Shown here piece by piece: positions 11,301-21,343 of a stretch of DNA of 64,000 bases. The notes beneath the pieces are model-generated. The model was not told the origin of the DNA and did not search any database. It was given only the letters and a program-made list of their open reading frames with translations. This stretch comes from Histomonas meleagridis 2922-C6/04-290x. Lineage: Eukaryota; Protista; Parabasalia. Location of the stretch: contig JAANOX010000241.1 in assembly GCA_020184695.1 (NCBI GenBank), positions 186,001 through 250,000 on the forward strand. The letters run 5' to 3'. Each line of letters opens with the position of its first letter. Position 1 is the stretch's first letter. Both the position numbers and the translations under genes were made by a program.

Positions 11301-14300
11301 AATTCAATTGGTATTTCAGAGTTTTGTGCTACACTTAATAATAAATTAGATAAACTATTCCGTCCTTCATTATTAGCTATTTCCCAGACAGATATAATAA
11401 TTAATGGGAATATTTGTTGTTCAAATGTACGTGATAATTGTAATAATGGATGACATGCTCTAATTGCAGGTGAATTACTACATAATACTAAGTTTTGTGA
11501 TATATGTAATAGCCAAGTTTCCCAATTATTTTTATCAAATTGGATTATCGCATTCTTTTTATCAATAGTTTCTTCTAATGTAAAAACATATATCGGTGGT
11601 GGATTACTTAATCGATAAGGATCAGAAGTAATTTCATAATTATCTGGTTTAGATTGTATTAAATAATAATAAGTTTCAGGTATATATTGTTTACATTTTG
11701 TAGCAAGTAAAGTTAATAATGATATTATACTTTCGGATGGTTTTTGAGTTTCATTTATTAATGTAATTAATAAATTTATTGAAGGAATCCATAAATCATC
11801 ATAATTAGTATTCGATATTACTTGTCCTAAAAAACTTAAAGCATTTGGACTTATTAAATTCTTTTTTAATGCATGAATTTTTATTTGTCGAAAGAATAAT
11901 TGTTGTGAACCTCCTGCATATATAACTAAATGTGTTAATATTTGTAATAAATATAAATCAATATCCATATCCAAATTTAATGATAATAATGTTAATACCA
12001 TTGAAAATATTTCCATTGTAAATTTACGGAAATTATATTTCATTTTAAATATGATTGAACTTAATGTTTTAATAGCTTCTAATAATTGCATTTGTGATGT
12101 ATTTGGTTGTAAATAAGGTTTTAACATTGATAATATTGCTTCAGCATATGGATATATATCAATTTCAGCATATATTACTATCGAACGAATTATATGAAAT
12201 ATAGAACTACAACTTTCAAATGTTATTAAATCTTTTAATATTGATATTAATTTAGGGAAATATGGTGAAGATTTATTCGAATCAAATTGAAAGATATATA
12301 ATATGGCACTTAAATGTACTGAATATTCTAATAGAATTGGTTTCTTAACTTGTTTCTTTAAATGATCTAATAAATAATTCATAACAAATCGTAAATAATA
12401 ATATTCACGTTTAGGCTTATCAAATAATGGTGTAGTTGAATCAACATCAGAATTTGATAAATGAAAATTAACTGGATCATTAGGTCCAATTGTACCTAAA
12501 ACTCGTAATAATAAATATAAAATTTTTTGGTTTTTCGATTTCATCATAAAATTATATAAATTCGAATGTAATTCTTTTAAATTTATGTTTTCATTTCCGA
12601 AATTCTTAAATAATGAATGTAATGTTATTAACGCTGTTTTTTGTATATTTTCATTATAATTTGTTAATAATTGATTAACAACTGAATCAACAATAATTTG
12701 TAAATCATATTTATAATGATATTCAATTAGTTTTTGAATACATTTCATCGCTGCAATATGAATTCGTATATCTTGTTTCTCTATTCGATGGAAATTAATT
12801 CTTTCACTTAATGTTTGACTTGGATTTAATTTCGAATTAATTAAATCAATAAAAAAATTATATAAATCATTCGAAAATGGTATTAAAAAATCACCTGCTG
12901 AATCAATGATTAAAGGCCAAACTTCAATAATTTTACGATGTTCGATAATTGATGAATGTTGTTTAAATGAAATAGGATTTGTATTTAATATTATCATAAA
13001 AAACTCAAAAGTTGATAATGGACAAATTCTTCGTAATCTTTGGAATAATAAAATTGTCGAATTTTGTATTGATCGTGAAGAATATTGGAAATAAAACTTT
13101 CCTAAATATAACAATGCGTTATTTATGAAATATTTTAATAAGTTGTCATCAATATTTCTTAATAATGTTATGATAATTGGTTTCGTTTCATTCTCTATTT
13201 CAAATAATAATTGGATAAGTCGTCCTTCTTGTGAGAAATTCGATTCTTTAATAATAGTTAATAACGCTTTTATTAATATTTGTTTTGTTTTAATGTTTAA
13301 ATCTTTTTTTGTTAAGAATGTATTAAATAATGGTTCCCAATATTGTTCAAATGGGAAAATTGGATTCGATTCCATTTTTCGTATTAAGAAATATGTAAAA
13401 ATCGGATTTTTCGATTCCAAATTTTCTTTTGTTTTTTGTACTAATATTTTCACTAATTTAAATGTATATTGTGGAAATGATTTCATAAATAATTTCGACG
13501 ATTTTATTAAATTTTTGGATAAATTCATTTTGTTATATTTTTCCATTATTTCATTTTTGTTTACATATTCATCAAATTTCACTGAAATGAGTTTGAAATA
13601 ATAATCGGGTTGTTCTGGTATTAATGTATTCGATTGTTGATAACAAAATTTACCAAAATCATTTGGAAATTGTTTCGATATTTTAACTATATATTTTCGA
13701 ACTGTTATATCTTTGTTGTTTTTGATTTCATTTAATACATTTGTAATTTGGTCTTTAAATGTAAGCGCAAATTGATGCGTTTTAGGATGTTTACATAAAA
13801 AATAATAAACTGATAAATAATTTGGTTTTGGATTTTTAATCAACAAATTTGTAATCGCAGAAAAAATTTCACTGATCATCGATATGACAACATCATAATC
13901 ACGCTCTATAAGCCCTTTAATGATAAGTAGATGTCCATAACTCGCATTAGATCGAATGGATGCAATACACATCGAAATTGTACCTTTGATGAATTCATCA
14001 GAATATGAAAAATTGGATAAACAATGAAAATATAAATCAACAGCTTTGGACTGAATAATTTCTTCCGGAAATTTTAAAGCATTTAATAATAAATTTGGTA
14101 AATCATTTGGAAATACATTTGGTGATAATTTGTCTAATAAAAAAACAGAAGTTTGTACTGCCGAAGATGTTAAACGGTTTGATAAAAACTGAATACAACG
14201 ATCATAAATTCGTGGTAAAAATGGTTGAGATATAATTTGTGAAATTCGTTTAAAAATATGGGCTATGCCTTCAAGTATAGGAATTGAATCAATTGGTAAA

Positions 14301-14611
14301 ATTTTCTCTAAATCTATTGTTAATTGATATAAACGAGAATGATCATCTTCAAGTTCAATTAGAAACGAAAGTACCAAAAGAGATTGATATCTCATTCTAG
14401 GTGCACTAACGTGTCTTCTAAGTGAGTTATGAGCTGAATTCCAGATGTTATTTTGTAAATCATTTTGATTATCAGTGGTTGTAAATTCGTCATATAAGAT
14501 TTTCCAAACATGCGGCCTGTCATCACTAAATGAATTCCACTCCAGATTATCTATGTAATCTGAAATTCTGCTCATTATGGGTTCGATGCTTTTGGACATC
14601 TTAAGATTCAA
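8336..14611 (-). CDS. TOR: TOR-like PIKK (HEAT-FAT-degenerate FRB-kinase-FATC) with an atypical catalytic loop
   Basis: 2091-aa ORF with YLLKGKEDLRVDQRVM, GLGERNPQN, VHIDFGECFE, PEKVPFRLT and the FATC-type end EQVDHLIKEATDEMNLAQMGLGWAPHW. Confidence 0.92.
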   Translation of the reverse strand: MNLKMSKSIEPIMSRISDYIDNLEWNSFSDDRPHVWKILYDEFTTTDNQNDLQNNIWNSAHNSLRRHVSAPRMRYQSLLVLSFLIELEDDHSRLYQLTIDLEKILPIDSIPILEGIAHIFKRISQIISQPFLPRIYDRCIQFLSNRLTSSAVQTSVFLLDKLSPNVFPNDLPNLLLNALKFPEEIIQSKAVDLYFHCLSNFSYSDEFIKGTISMCIASIRSNASYGHLLIIKGLIERDYDVVISMISEIFSAITNLLIKNPKPNYLSVYYFLCKHPKTHQFALTFKDQITNVLNEIKNNKDITVRKYIVKISKQFPNDFGKFCYQQSNTLIPEQPDYYFKLISVKFDEYVNKNEIMEKYNKMNLSKNLIKSSKLFMKSFPQYTFKLVKILVQKTKENLESKNPIFTYFLIRKMESNPIFPFEQYWEPLFNTFLTKKDLNIKTKQILIKALLTIIKESNFSQEGRLIQLLFEIENETKPIIITLLRNIDDNLLKYFINNALLYLGKFYFQYSSRSIQNSTILLFQRLRRICPLSTFEFFMIILNTNPISFKQHSSIIEHRKIIEVWPLIIDSAGDFLIPFSNDLYNFFIDLINSKLNPSQTLSERINFHRIEKQDIRIHIAAMKCIQKLIEYHYKYDLQIIVDSVVNQLLTNYNENIQKTALITLHSLFKNFGNENINLKELHSNLYNFMMKSKNQKILYLLLRVLGTIGPNDPVNFHLSNSDVDSTTPLFDKPKREYYYLRFVMNYLLDHLKKQVKKPILLEYSVHLSAILYIFQFDSNKSSPYFPKLISILKDLITFESCSSIFHIIRSIVIYAEIDIYPYAEAILSMLKPYLQPNTSQMQLLEAIKTLSSIIFKMKYNFRKFTMEIFSMVLTLLSLNLDMDIDLYLLQILTHLVIYAGGSQQLFFRQIKIHALKKNLISPNALSFLGQVISNTNYDDLWIPSINLLITLINETQKPSESIISLLTLLATKCKQYIPETYYYLIQSKPDNYEITSDPYRLSNPPPIYVFTLEETIDKKNAIIQFDKNNWETWLLHISQNLVLCSNSPAIRACHPLLQLSRTFEQQIFPLIIISVWEIANNEGRNSLSNLLLSVAQNSEIPIELLTIISNTCEIMDRAGYKLFPQLEVSCRVAERSGHLFRSLRFAECLSYNDDTIKYEMIRILSSLQQRESALGIFYVTPNAKNNPKILQDLSLWNQAKKFYSPDKSNSDLYEYIYCSFRIEDWKSIEELSIKFDELSPENKKKCGLFFAISAYLYDKDYQKFINDQMDNNTFELIWRTIFAISSNQLNLAKSLIEKGMRINSFNFAPFLTGNYQPTLPQIINASIFEELINVIDCKLGLIDKKFIVSKWEKNNLWKQTDFLDQQIFFCLRKLIKPDDDLIIALEFLNDLRKQKQWEIYDNAFERLVGNNLNDDRVRLLIAQVNFDREQKKDFTEIENVIKTTSNSEVYANAVCFYATRLSNSNPEVLNMLQNIIKSNPNKIRPWKHWTYGNLNLYNSTKEIQYANNAIKGFIQLIKLNGPNLHYLCQLCSLCFNHETTITTFFEELSPESIEQIVQQLLTYFDNPSETVRNSINSILSKLADQYIQSLLFPLSFMVKIQKNSKNLIDFYDKIHKTYPNLIEETKVISDGLIRISLTDTELLIYKIGRLINNKYKDENDFIKEVHKIMKILNQNHMKIDAQILDKEIIEKLATIDNQIHSNSIENIRSKLINILDELHQRFEKINEINVDENVQQLTDSSPYSIAVPGFYKMNNEDFPKITSFVNIVEIIKSIKSPRKIQIIGSDGKTYKYLLKGKEDLRVDQRVMKWFTLANSLLHDNKYGVKMDLSIESYPIIPLGKHSGLIAWAEGGDTLFKLINRYIRITNPDCPQEEKELLEEYNLQPTPNKIRTNIQSLEIYRSLKQIYPSDSLREIIWLKSPNSVIWFSQKTNYARSLGLMSIVGYTIGLGERNPQNILYMKRNGKIVHIDFGECFEKSMKRKHWPEKVPFRLTPMLIKGLGVSGVEGIFKMTAQFVMTLLRKNKSTLLSFLNTFVREDKQFNIRYKRVNDKLNGIENNEMELTPEEQVDHLIKEATDEMNLAQMGLGWAPHW

Positions 14612-14694
14612 AACCGTTTATTTCCAAATTCAAATTTCATTTTACAACAAGAAGAAAGAAATTTATTAAAACATTATTAAAAGAGTTTATTGAC

Positions 14695-17600
14695 TTATCC
14701 AAATATTTCTTCACCAAATTTATCAATATCGTTTAAAGTTGGTAAGAAACATTTATTTGACATTTTCAAACAATCATTTATGTCATAATTATTTTGTTTG
14801 ACATCATTTACTTTATTTTTATCTTTACCTTTATTTTGGATTCGTTTTATATTTGAATCATATTCATTTATGATTTTTTCATTAATATTAAATACAAATT
14901 TAGTTTCATGAATTTCTTCGGGATCAACTGTAATAGATTTAACACTAAATAATATTTCATTCCATTTAGTAAAAGGTATAACTTTATAATGACTACAACA
15001 ATTTTGCATAATACGTTCTGAAAAGGGTAAAATTATTAAAGTTTGATCGATAGGGTAAAACGGCGGCAAATAAACCATTGAATCCAAAGTATTCATTTCT
15101 TTGTTTGCCTCGAAACTTTCTGGTATAAACTTCTCAATGATCTTTTTGACGGGGAATTTGTTCGGCGGTGGATACGTTGCCAGCTTACAAAAAGGTGCCT
15201 TTTTCTGATAAACTTTCAGAAGTTTACACTCTATCGAATTATTATTTTCATCTTTATCTTTAATTGCATAATTAATAATTCTACCGAAATTCTCATAAGA
15301 AACATTACAATCATCAATTGAAAGCATTTCAACGCAAATAGTACAAATCGAATATGTACAAATTGGTGCGTTTTTAATCATTAATGCATAAATCCTTAAA
15401 ATTAATGGCATTAAATTTGGAATATTTAATTTCATAAGTTCTTTAATGAAAGTTGTTTCATTTATATTAATCGAATTCTCACGGAACACTTTCCAAATTG
15501 GTGTAATATTTATAACGTTTGATACAATTTTAGAATATTCATCAAATAACTTTTTATCACAATAAGTAGCGAAATAAGGTATTAAAAATAGTATTGTAAT
15601 TGCAATTGCGTTTTTGATGTAATATTTATCTTTAAATGATCCGACAATAACTTCATATTTACCAAGTATCGCAAGTTTTAATATCGATCTACAAAATGAT
15701 ATTAATGATTTCGGTAAATTCCGTGGATCTAATAACAAATCAACAGAAGCGAATTTATTAAGAAATCCTTCATAATTATTCGGTATGTGATTAAGTTCAT
15801 TAACTTTATCTAAAAATGTTTCAATCGCATTAATAGTTACATCGAATATTCCATTAAATTCATGATCAGAAGCTAATAAAAATTCGGATATTATCCAAAA
15901 GACTTTTTCTTGAGGTTTCTCTAATAACAAATTTAATATGGAAAGTAATTTAAGAATATTTGCAATGTAATCATAAAGTGTTTTCATGTCAATTGAATAA
16001 TCATCAGCAAATATTAAATAATTATGTCGAACTATTGTCGATGAATTCTTTTCTTTAATTAAAGTGATTATTATACTTAAAGTACGTATTAAAATATTAA
16101 TCATTTCTGGTGTTGAATGTGTTATATTATTTAATGCAATAAAAATCGCTTTGTTCGCTATTTTGATGTCGCCACATGATGAACACCATTCGAAACATGA
16201 CTCAAAGAATAATTTCTTTTGGTTTTTGTCAAGTTTTCGTTGTACCATTAAATTTGTTGGGTTTTCAGTTCCGAAAATATTTTTTAATATTTTTTTAGTG
16301 ATTTCTGTTTGTTGGATTATTAAACAATATGAAATTACATATGGTAAAGTATCATAAGTATCAATTAATTGTGTTAATTCTATTACGAAATTTGTAATGT
16401 TTTTATATTCATCTATAATTGGCTCTAATTTCTTTTTATTTTTTTCTTTGTTTTCTTCCGGTTCTTCTTTTTTTCCTAAAAATTCCATAAATTTATTGAT
16501 ATCAAATGATTGATCAAATTTATGAAGTTGTATTTGTTGATAATACCAATATTTAAATCTTAATATTTGATTTATATAAGTAATTAAATGAGGAAATCTT
16601 TGACATAAATATTGAAGTAATCGTAATGAATTATCATGAAGATTATCATAATTATATAAACAAATAACAAACATAACTTGTAAATTATCTTCATTTGATG
16701 CTAATTCATCAATTATATTTGTTGATGACACTTCAATTGATTCTTTAAATAATGCATTTAATAACATTTCAATAAATGAATATGATGAAAATGATATAAA
16801 ACTTGCCTCTCCATTAGTTACAATACCTATTTCTTGTGTCTCTATTAATTTAATATTATAAATCCATTCTGTTAATAACCTTACAAAGAATGAATAATAT
16901 TTTTCAGATAAAATTTTTAACGATGCATAAAGGAATTGTTCGGCGCAGAAATTGAATGCTTTACTGAGTAAACCATTTAATGTCAGCAAAGATTCAAATG
17001 AAAAATCGTTTTTATTATTTTTAATGAAATATTTAATAAGTTTAATAAAATCTTTTGAATTATTTTTAATTAAACAAAATGAAAATGAAATACTTTTGAT
17101 AATTCTTAATGAATATTTTTGACAACCAGATTTATCAGACAAATATAATAAAGAATTAGCTAATAAATAACCAAGATTATTATATATTAATTGTGAGAAT
17201 TCTTTATCATTTTGGTTCATTCGTAACAAAGACTTTTCTTCAATGAATGAAATAATATCATTAACAGAAACAAAGTCTTCAAATTGTGATGCAATACATA
17301 TGAAATATGATGAATTTTGATGAGAATTCTTTAATAAATATGGTATAAACGTTTGATATGAACGCGATACTATACTTATTGCTGTTTCGACACTATTTTT
17401 AGCTATTAATGAGAAATTATTTGTAAAGATATTAAACGTTTGATCATTAATCGAAGCAACAGAACAATAATTCGAAAATGCTCTAAATGCCGCATTTTTA
17501 ATTTCGACATTTTCATCTAATGATAAATTAAATATGAAAAAGTACCAATTTTCATAATTTATATTAAATTTATCTTCAATTGGCTCTGAAAATGAAGAAC

Positions 17601-20391
17601 GCATAAAAGGTCCTGAAACATTTTCATTATGATTTTCTTTAAATTTCTTAAATATATCTGATATTAATATTAATATATCGATCAAATATTTTTTCATTTT
17701 AATTTGTTTAATTTTAGTTGGTAAGATTAACTTCGAATAAATAATATTCTTCTCGTCGAATATTTGGATTAATTTATCAAATAATGGTAATATTGTATTC
17801 ATTGCAACTATTGGTGTATCTTGATAATTCTCCCAAATAATTCGACTTGTATAAGTTAATCCTTGAATAAATGTATCATTATATGTCATAATATTAATAA
17901 GTAATGTAGATGATAATTGTATCGAAATTGATGAAACAAATGAATCAAACAAAATTTGATTATCAGATATCAATGGTAAAATTTCAAATATTTTCTTAAA
18001 TTCTTTTGTATTTGTTAATTCTATTGTACCATTCGAGATAATAAATGTTGCCATGTTTAATAATAACATAATATCTTTAGTTTTAAGTTCATCAAATGTT
18101 TCATTAAATTGTGTAATAATGAAATTTAATGTATTCGGAATTATGTATTGGATTTTTGGATTAGAATTCATTCTTCTAAATAGAATTGATAAAAATATAT
18201 GATATAAAATTTCATAATTAGAATAACCAAATTCTCTAAATGAATGATAAGGAACTGATAATAATTTCCCGATGTCATAATCAAATGTAATCATTTTATA
18301 CATTTTAATAATAAAACTTTCGAAAAAGTTTTGTGGATTTTCTTTTATGAATTGTAATAATTGTGGAATTAATTCGATTAATTTAAATACATTAGTTCGT
18401 ATTGAATAAGATGAAGAACAAAGTCCAAATATTATAATTGGTGAAACGATTTTTATAATTTCTTCTGTAACTTTATTTTTAAGTACATAAAAAATGGAAA
18501 TTAATAAGTTTATAAGTATAAATAATTGTTCATTAGTTGTTGGTATATTTTCGATTAATTTCATTAAAATTTCTTCTGTTTTATTATAATTTATTTTGAT
18601 CACTAATTGTATTACTCGACAAGCTAATGCTGATTTCTTAGGTGATTTATCATAAATATATTTACAAATAGAACTTATTAATTCTAATGAATAATCAAGT
18701 TTTGGTATGATTTGAAACATATAATTAATGGTTTCATCATTCTCTAATGTAAATATTGTATTTATTGGGTTTTCTGTTGATTGTACAAAAAAGTTTAAAT
18801 CTTCATTAACATCGAATATTTTCTTCCATATTTTAATATCATTAAAACTTTTTATATTAGTTAATGTTGCAGGTATTGGTTTTGTTGATTTTAATATATT
18901 TTTAAGTTTACAAGGGAATATTGAAATTGAATAAATATTCGATCCAACATTTGGAGGATTTGATTTTATTAAATTTTGAATTATTTTATTAAAGTCTTCT
19001 TTTAATGTTTTAATTTCATTTGGATAATTCGTCTTAAGAAAATCAATTGATAAAACAGTGCCAACAATTCCAAATAATATATTTCCATTATTAGTTATAT
19101 ACAATGGCTTCTTGAAATTTTGGAATTGATTCTCCATAAATAATGGGAAATCATTAACAATATCTTGGATTATAAATGATTGAAGTTCTTTTTGTGATGA
19201 ATTCTTTCCATATGAAAATATCTTTTGATAACAATAATTAATTTGTTCATCATTTAATATACTTTTACGTTTTTCATATACAACTGGTTTATTACATCGA
19301 TTTAATAATGTTTTCCCATTTATTAACTGTGTAAATCCATAAATAATTAATGATGATGTTTGAAATTCTTCTAATAATTTAAATGAGTTTTGTAATATCA
19401 TTTCAGTAGTAATTTCACTTTCAAAACTTTCGGCTTTCAGACATAATATAGTGGCTAAAATTGGTATCGAAGCTGGCGAATTTTGTGATCGAAGAGCTTT
19501 TTGTTCAATTAAACGTATGAGGTCAGATTTAGATCTCTCTAAAGAAATAGTTATTTCACTAGAAACAAGATTCGAAAGAAAATACGAAGCGGCTTTTTGC
19601 TGATTACTCAATTTCGGTTTGTATTCAATTAGATTCAATACTTTTCTGAACGAGTTGAGGTTTCCAAGATTTAACACGTCTTCTGCTTCCATTCCTTTTG
19701 TAGAAATAGAACTAAAGAGCATAAGAATTAATGTGACAGACTCTTGGAATTTAGGCATTTCATTTAATGCTCTGACTAATAAGGAATATGTCTTTGGAGG
19801 ATTAATTAATGATAGTTGATATAAAACTGTTTCATATTTTCGTGCATGAAATTGCTTAAGTACACCAATAAGTGGATTAGTAGAAAATTGTTCGGGTGTT
19901 GTATAATATGAAAAGAAGTAATCAAATAGAAATGATAAATCATCTTCTAGATTGCGATTTTTACTTTCAAAAAATTGTTTTAGAATAGTTGCAATAATAC
20001 CATCAGAAAATATGAATAAAAGTGAACGAATTATTAAATCTGACTTTTGCGTCTCTGTTAATTTAAGACGTGATATATAATGGGTCGATGCAATTTTTGA
20101 AGCTGAAATTGGTTTAGTAATATCTAAATCTATTGGTACAAAATAAGAAAACATTTTCGGAAAACATGATTCTGGTTGATTTTCAGCAAGAGAAATACAT
20201 TTACGAATGGATGTTAAAGTTGGTTCATCGACGCATGGAAAAGAACTTACAAAATCAAAAAATTTTGTATTCAGAGAAGTGATTTTATAAAATGCCAATT
20301 CCTTAATAATTGATTGTAAATAAGAAGAAAAACTTAATGAAATTTTTGCATTGAGAGCATCAATTGCGATTTCATTAGAATTTGGTTTCAT
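14695..20391 (-). CDS. Furry/Tao3 (MOR2-PAG1)-like large helical scaffold
   Basis: About 1900-aa ORF (first ATG at 20391). Weak motif similarity to Furry: RSLLFIFSDGIIATILKQF near the N-terminus and CFEWCSSCGDIKIANKAIFIAL toward the C-terminus. Confidence 0.55.
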   Translation of the reverse strand: MKPNSNEIAIDALNAKISLSFSSYLQSIIKELAFYKITSLNTKFFDFVSSFPCVDEPTLTSIRKCISLAENQPESCFPKMFSYFVPIDLDITKPISASKIASTHYISRLKLTETQKSDLIIRSLLFIFSDGIIATILKQFFESKNRNLEDDLSFLFDYFFSYYTTPEQFSTNPLIGVLKQFHARKYETVLYQLSLINPPKTYSLLVRALNEMPKFQESVTLILMLFSSISTKGMEAEDVLNLGNLNSFRKVLNLIEYKPKLSNQQKAASYFLSNLVSSEITISLERSKSDLIRLIEQKALRSQNSPASIPILATILCLKAESFESEITTEMILQNSFKLLEEFQTSSLIIYGFTQLINGKTLLNRCNKPVVYEKRKSILNDEQINYCYQKIFSYGKNSSQKELQSFIIQDIVNDFPLFMENQFQNFKKPLYITNNGNILFGIVGTVLSIDFLKTNYPNEIKTLKEDFNKIIQNLIKSNPPNVGSNIYSISIFPCKLKNILKSTKPIPATLTNIKSFNDIKIWKKIFDVNEDLNFFVQSTENPINTIFTLENDETINYMFQIIPKLDYSLELISSICKYIYDKSPKKSALACRVIQLVIKINYNKTEEILMKLIENIPTTNEQLFILINLLISIFYVLKNKVTEEIIKIVSPIIIFGLCSSSYSIRTNVFKLIELIPQLLQFIKENPQNFFESFIIKMYKMITFDYDIGKLLSVPYHSFREFGYSNYEILYHIFLSILFRRMNSNPKIQYIIPNTLNFIITQFNETFDELKTKDIMLLLNMATFIISNGTIELTNTKEFKKIFEILPLISDNQILFDSFVSSISIQLSSTLLINIMTYNDTFIQGLTYTSRIIWENYQDTPIVAMNTILPLFDKLIQIFDEKNIIYSKLILPTKIKQIKMKKYLIDILILISDIFKKFKENHNENVSGPFMRSSFSEPIEDKFNINYENWYFFIFNLSLDENVEIKNAAFRAFSNYCSVASINDQTFNIFTNNFSLIAKNSVETAISIVSRSYQTFIPYLLKNSHQNSSYFICIASQFEDFVSVNDIISFIEEKSLLRMNQNDKEFSQLIYNNLGYLLANSLLYLSDKSGCQKYSLRIIKSISFSFCLIKNNSKDFIKLIKYFIKNNKNDFSFESLLTLNGLLSKAFNFCAEQFLYASLKILSEKYYSFFVRLLTEWIYNIKLIETQEIGIVTNGEASFISFSSYSFIEMLLNALFKESIEVSSTNIIDELASNEDNLQVMFVICLYNYDNLHDNSLRLLQYLCQRFPHLITYINQILRFKYWYYQQIQLHKFDQSFDINKFMEFLGKKEEPEENKEKNKKKLEPIIDEYKNITNFVIELTQLIDTYDTLPYVISYCLIIQQTEITKKILKNIFGTENPTNLMVQRKLDKNQKKLFFESCFEWCSSCGDIKIANKAIFIALNNITHSTPEMINILIRTLSIIITLIKEKNSSTIVRHNYLIFADDYSIDMKTLYDYIANILKLLSILNLLLEKPQEKVFWIISEFLLASDHEFNGIFDVTINAIETFLDKVNELNHIPNNYEGFLNKFASVDLLLDPRNLPKSLISFCRSILKLAILGKYEVIVGSFKDKYYIKNAIAITILFLIPYFATYCDKKLFDEYSKIVSNVINITPIWKVFRENSININETTFIKELMKLNIPNLMPLILRIYALMIKNAPICTYSICTICVEMLSIDDCNVSYENFGRIINYAIKDKDENNNSIECKLLKVYQKKAPFCKLATYPPPNKFPVKKIIEKFIPESFEANKEMNTLDSMVYLPPFYPIDQTLIILPFSERIMQNCCSHYKVIPFTKWNEILFSVKSITVDPEEIHETKFVFNINEKIINEYDSNIKRIQNKGKDKNKVNDVKQNNYDINDCLKMSNKCFLPTLNDIDKFGEEIFG

Positions 20392-20518
20392 CTGCTTATT
20401 TGCCGATATCAATATAACCGGATATTTGACATCTCATAAATCTTTCAAACAAATTGATACTGTTACAAAAAATGCTTTCAATTTTTGAATAAGTCTGTCA
20501 GGTTTATGACCTTACAAA

Positions 20519-21169
20519 ATGGATATCTCTCTTGTTGATATCTCAGGAAATGAAACAGAAATTAAATGTAAACCCGAATGGACAATTCATGATTTAACTG
20601 TTGCTCTTTCAGAGAAGATGAATATCGAAAATTCTATAATTAAAATATTTGATACAACCAAAACTCCTAAACAAGTTTTTCTAGATGAACAAACAAATGT
20701 CACAAATGTTGCATCACCTTTAAAAAATATTTTATTTTATCAGGTCATACCAAAAGCTAATCAAAATCCGTCTGAAAATCTTATTGAAGTATCACAATAT
20801 TTACATTCACTAATTAAAGCAACCGGACGAAAAATTAGTTCAGATAAAAAGGCTCAATATAGAGATTATGCACAAAAAGTTAAACAAATTCCTCCTGATT
20901 TCAAAGAAAAAGTAGATCAATTACATGACATGGGATATCCATATGAAGATTGTGAAGTAGCTCTTAGAGCATCACATTATGATGTAGAACAAGCAGTGAA
21001 TCATTTATTATATCGAAATCAAGAAAGGAATATTCCATCAGATAGTGACCTTGATCTTCTAGAAGAGGCATTTCTTGACATTGATGTTAATAATTTTGAA
21101 CAAAGAACAGAATCTCTCTTTCGACTTATTCAAAATTTATTAACTCAAGAACAAGAAGATTCAGGATGA
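20519..21169 (+). CDS. Ubiquitin-like plus UBA domain protein (Rad23/Dsk2-type architecture)
   Basis: N-terminal UBL-like stretch (ISLVDISGNETEIKCKPEWTIHDLTVALSEK) and a UBA (KVDQLHDMGYPYEDCEVALRASHYDVEQAVNHLL). Confidence 0.8.
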   Translation: MDISLVDISGNETEIKCKPEWTIHDLTVALSEKMNIENSIIKIFDTTKTPKQVFLDEQTNVTNVASPLKNILFYQVIPKANQNPSENLIEVSQYLHSLIKATGRKISSDKKAQYRDYAQKVKQIPPDFKEKVDQLHDMGYPYEDCEVALRASHYDVEQAVNHLLYRNQERNIPSDSDLDLLEEAFLDIDVNNFEQRTESLFRLIQNLLTQEQEDSG

Positions 21170-21343
21170 AAAAAAATAATATCAATTTATAACAAATATC
21201 TTTATGGCTTTTATAATTTATTAAACAATTTGTATTAATAAAGAATTGATTTTTTTTTTTTGGCATAATTTGAGACCGTTTAAGTGTTGAAAATTAAATA
21301 GTTTACAAAAATGATTTTGAATGGTCTGTTTGGCCAGCTCTAA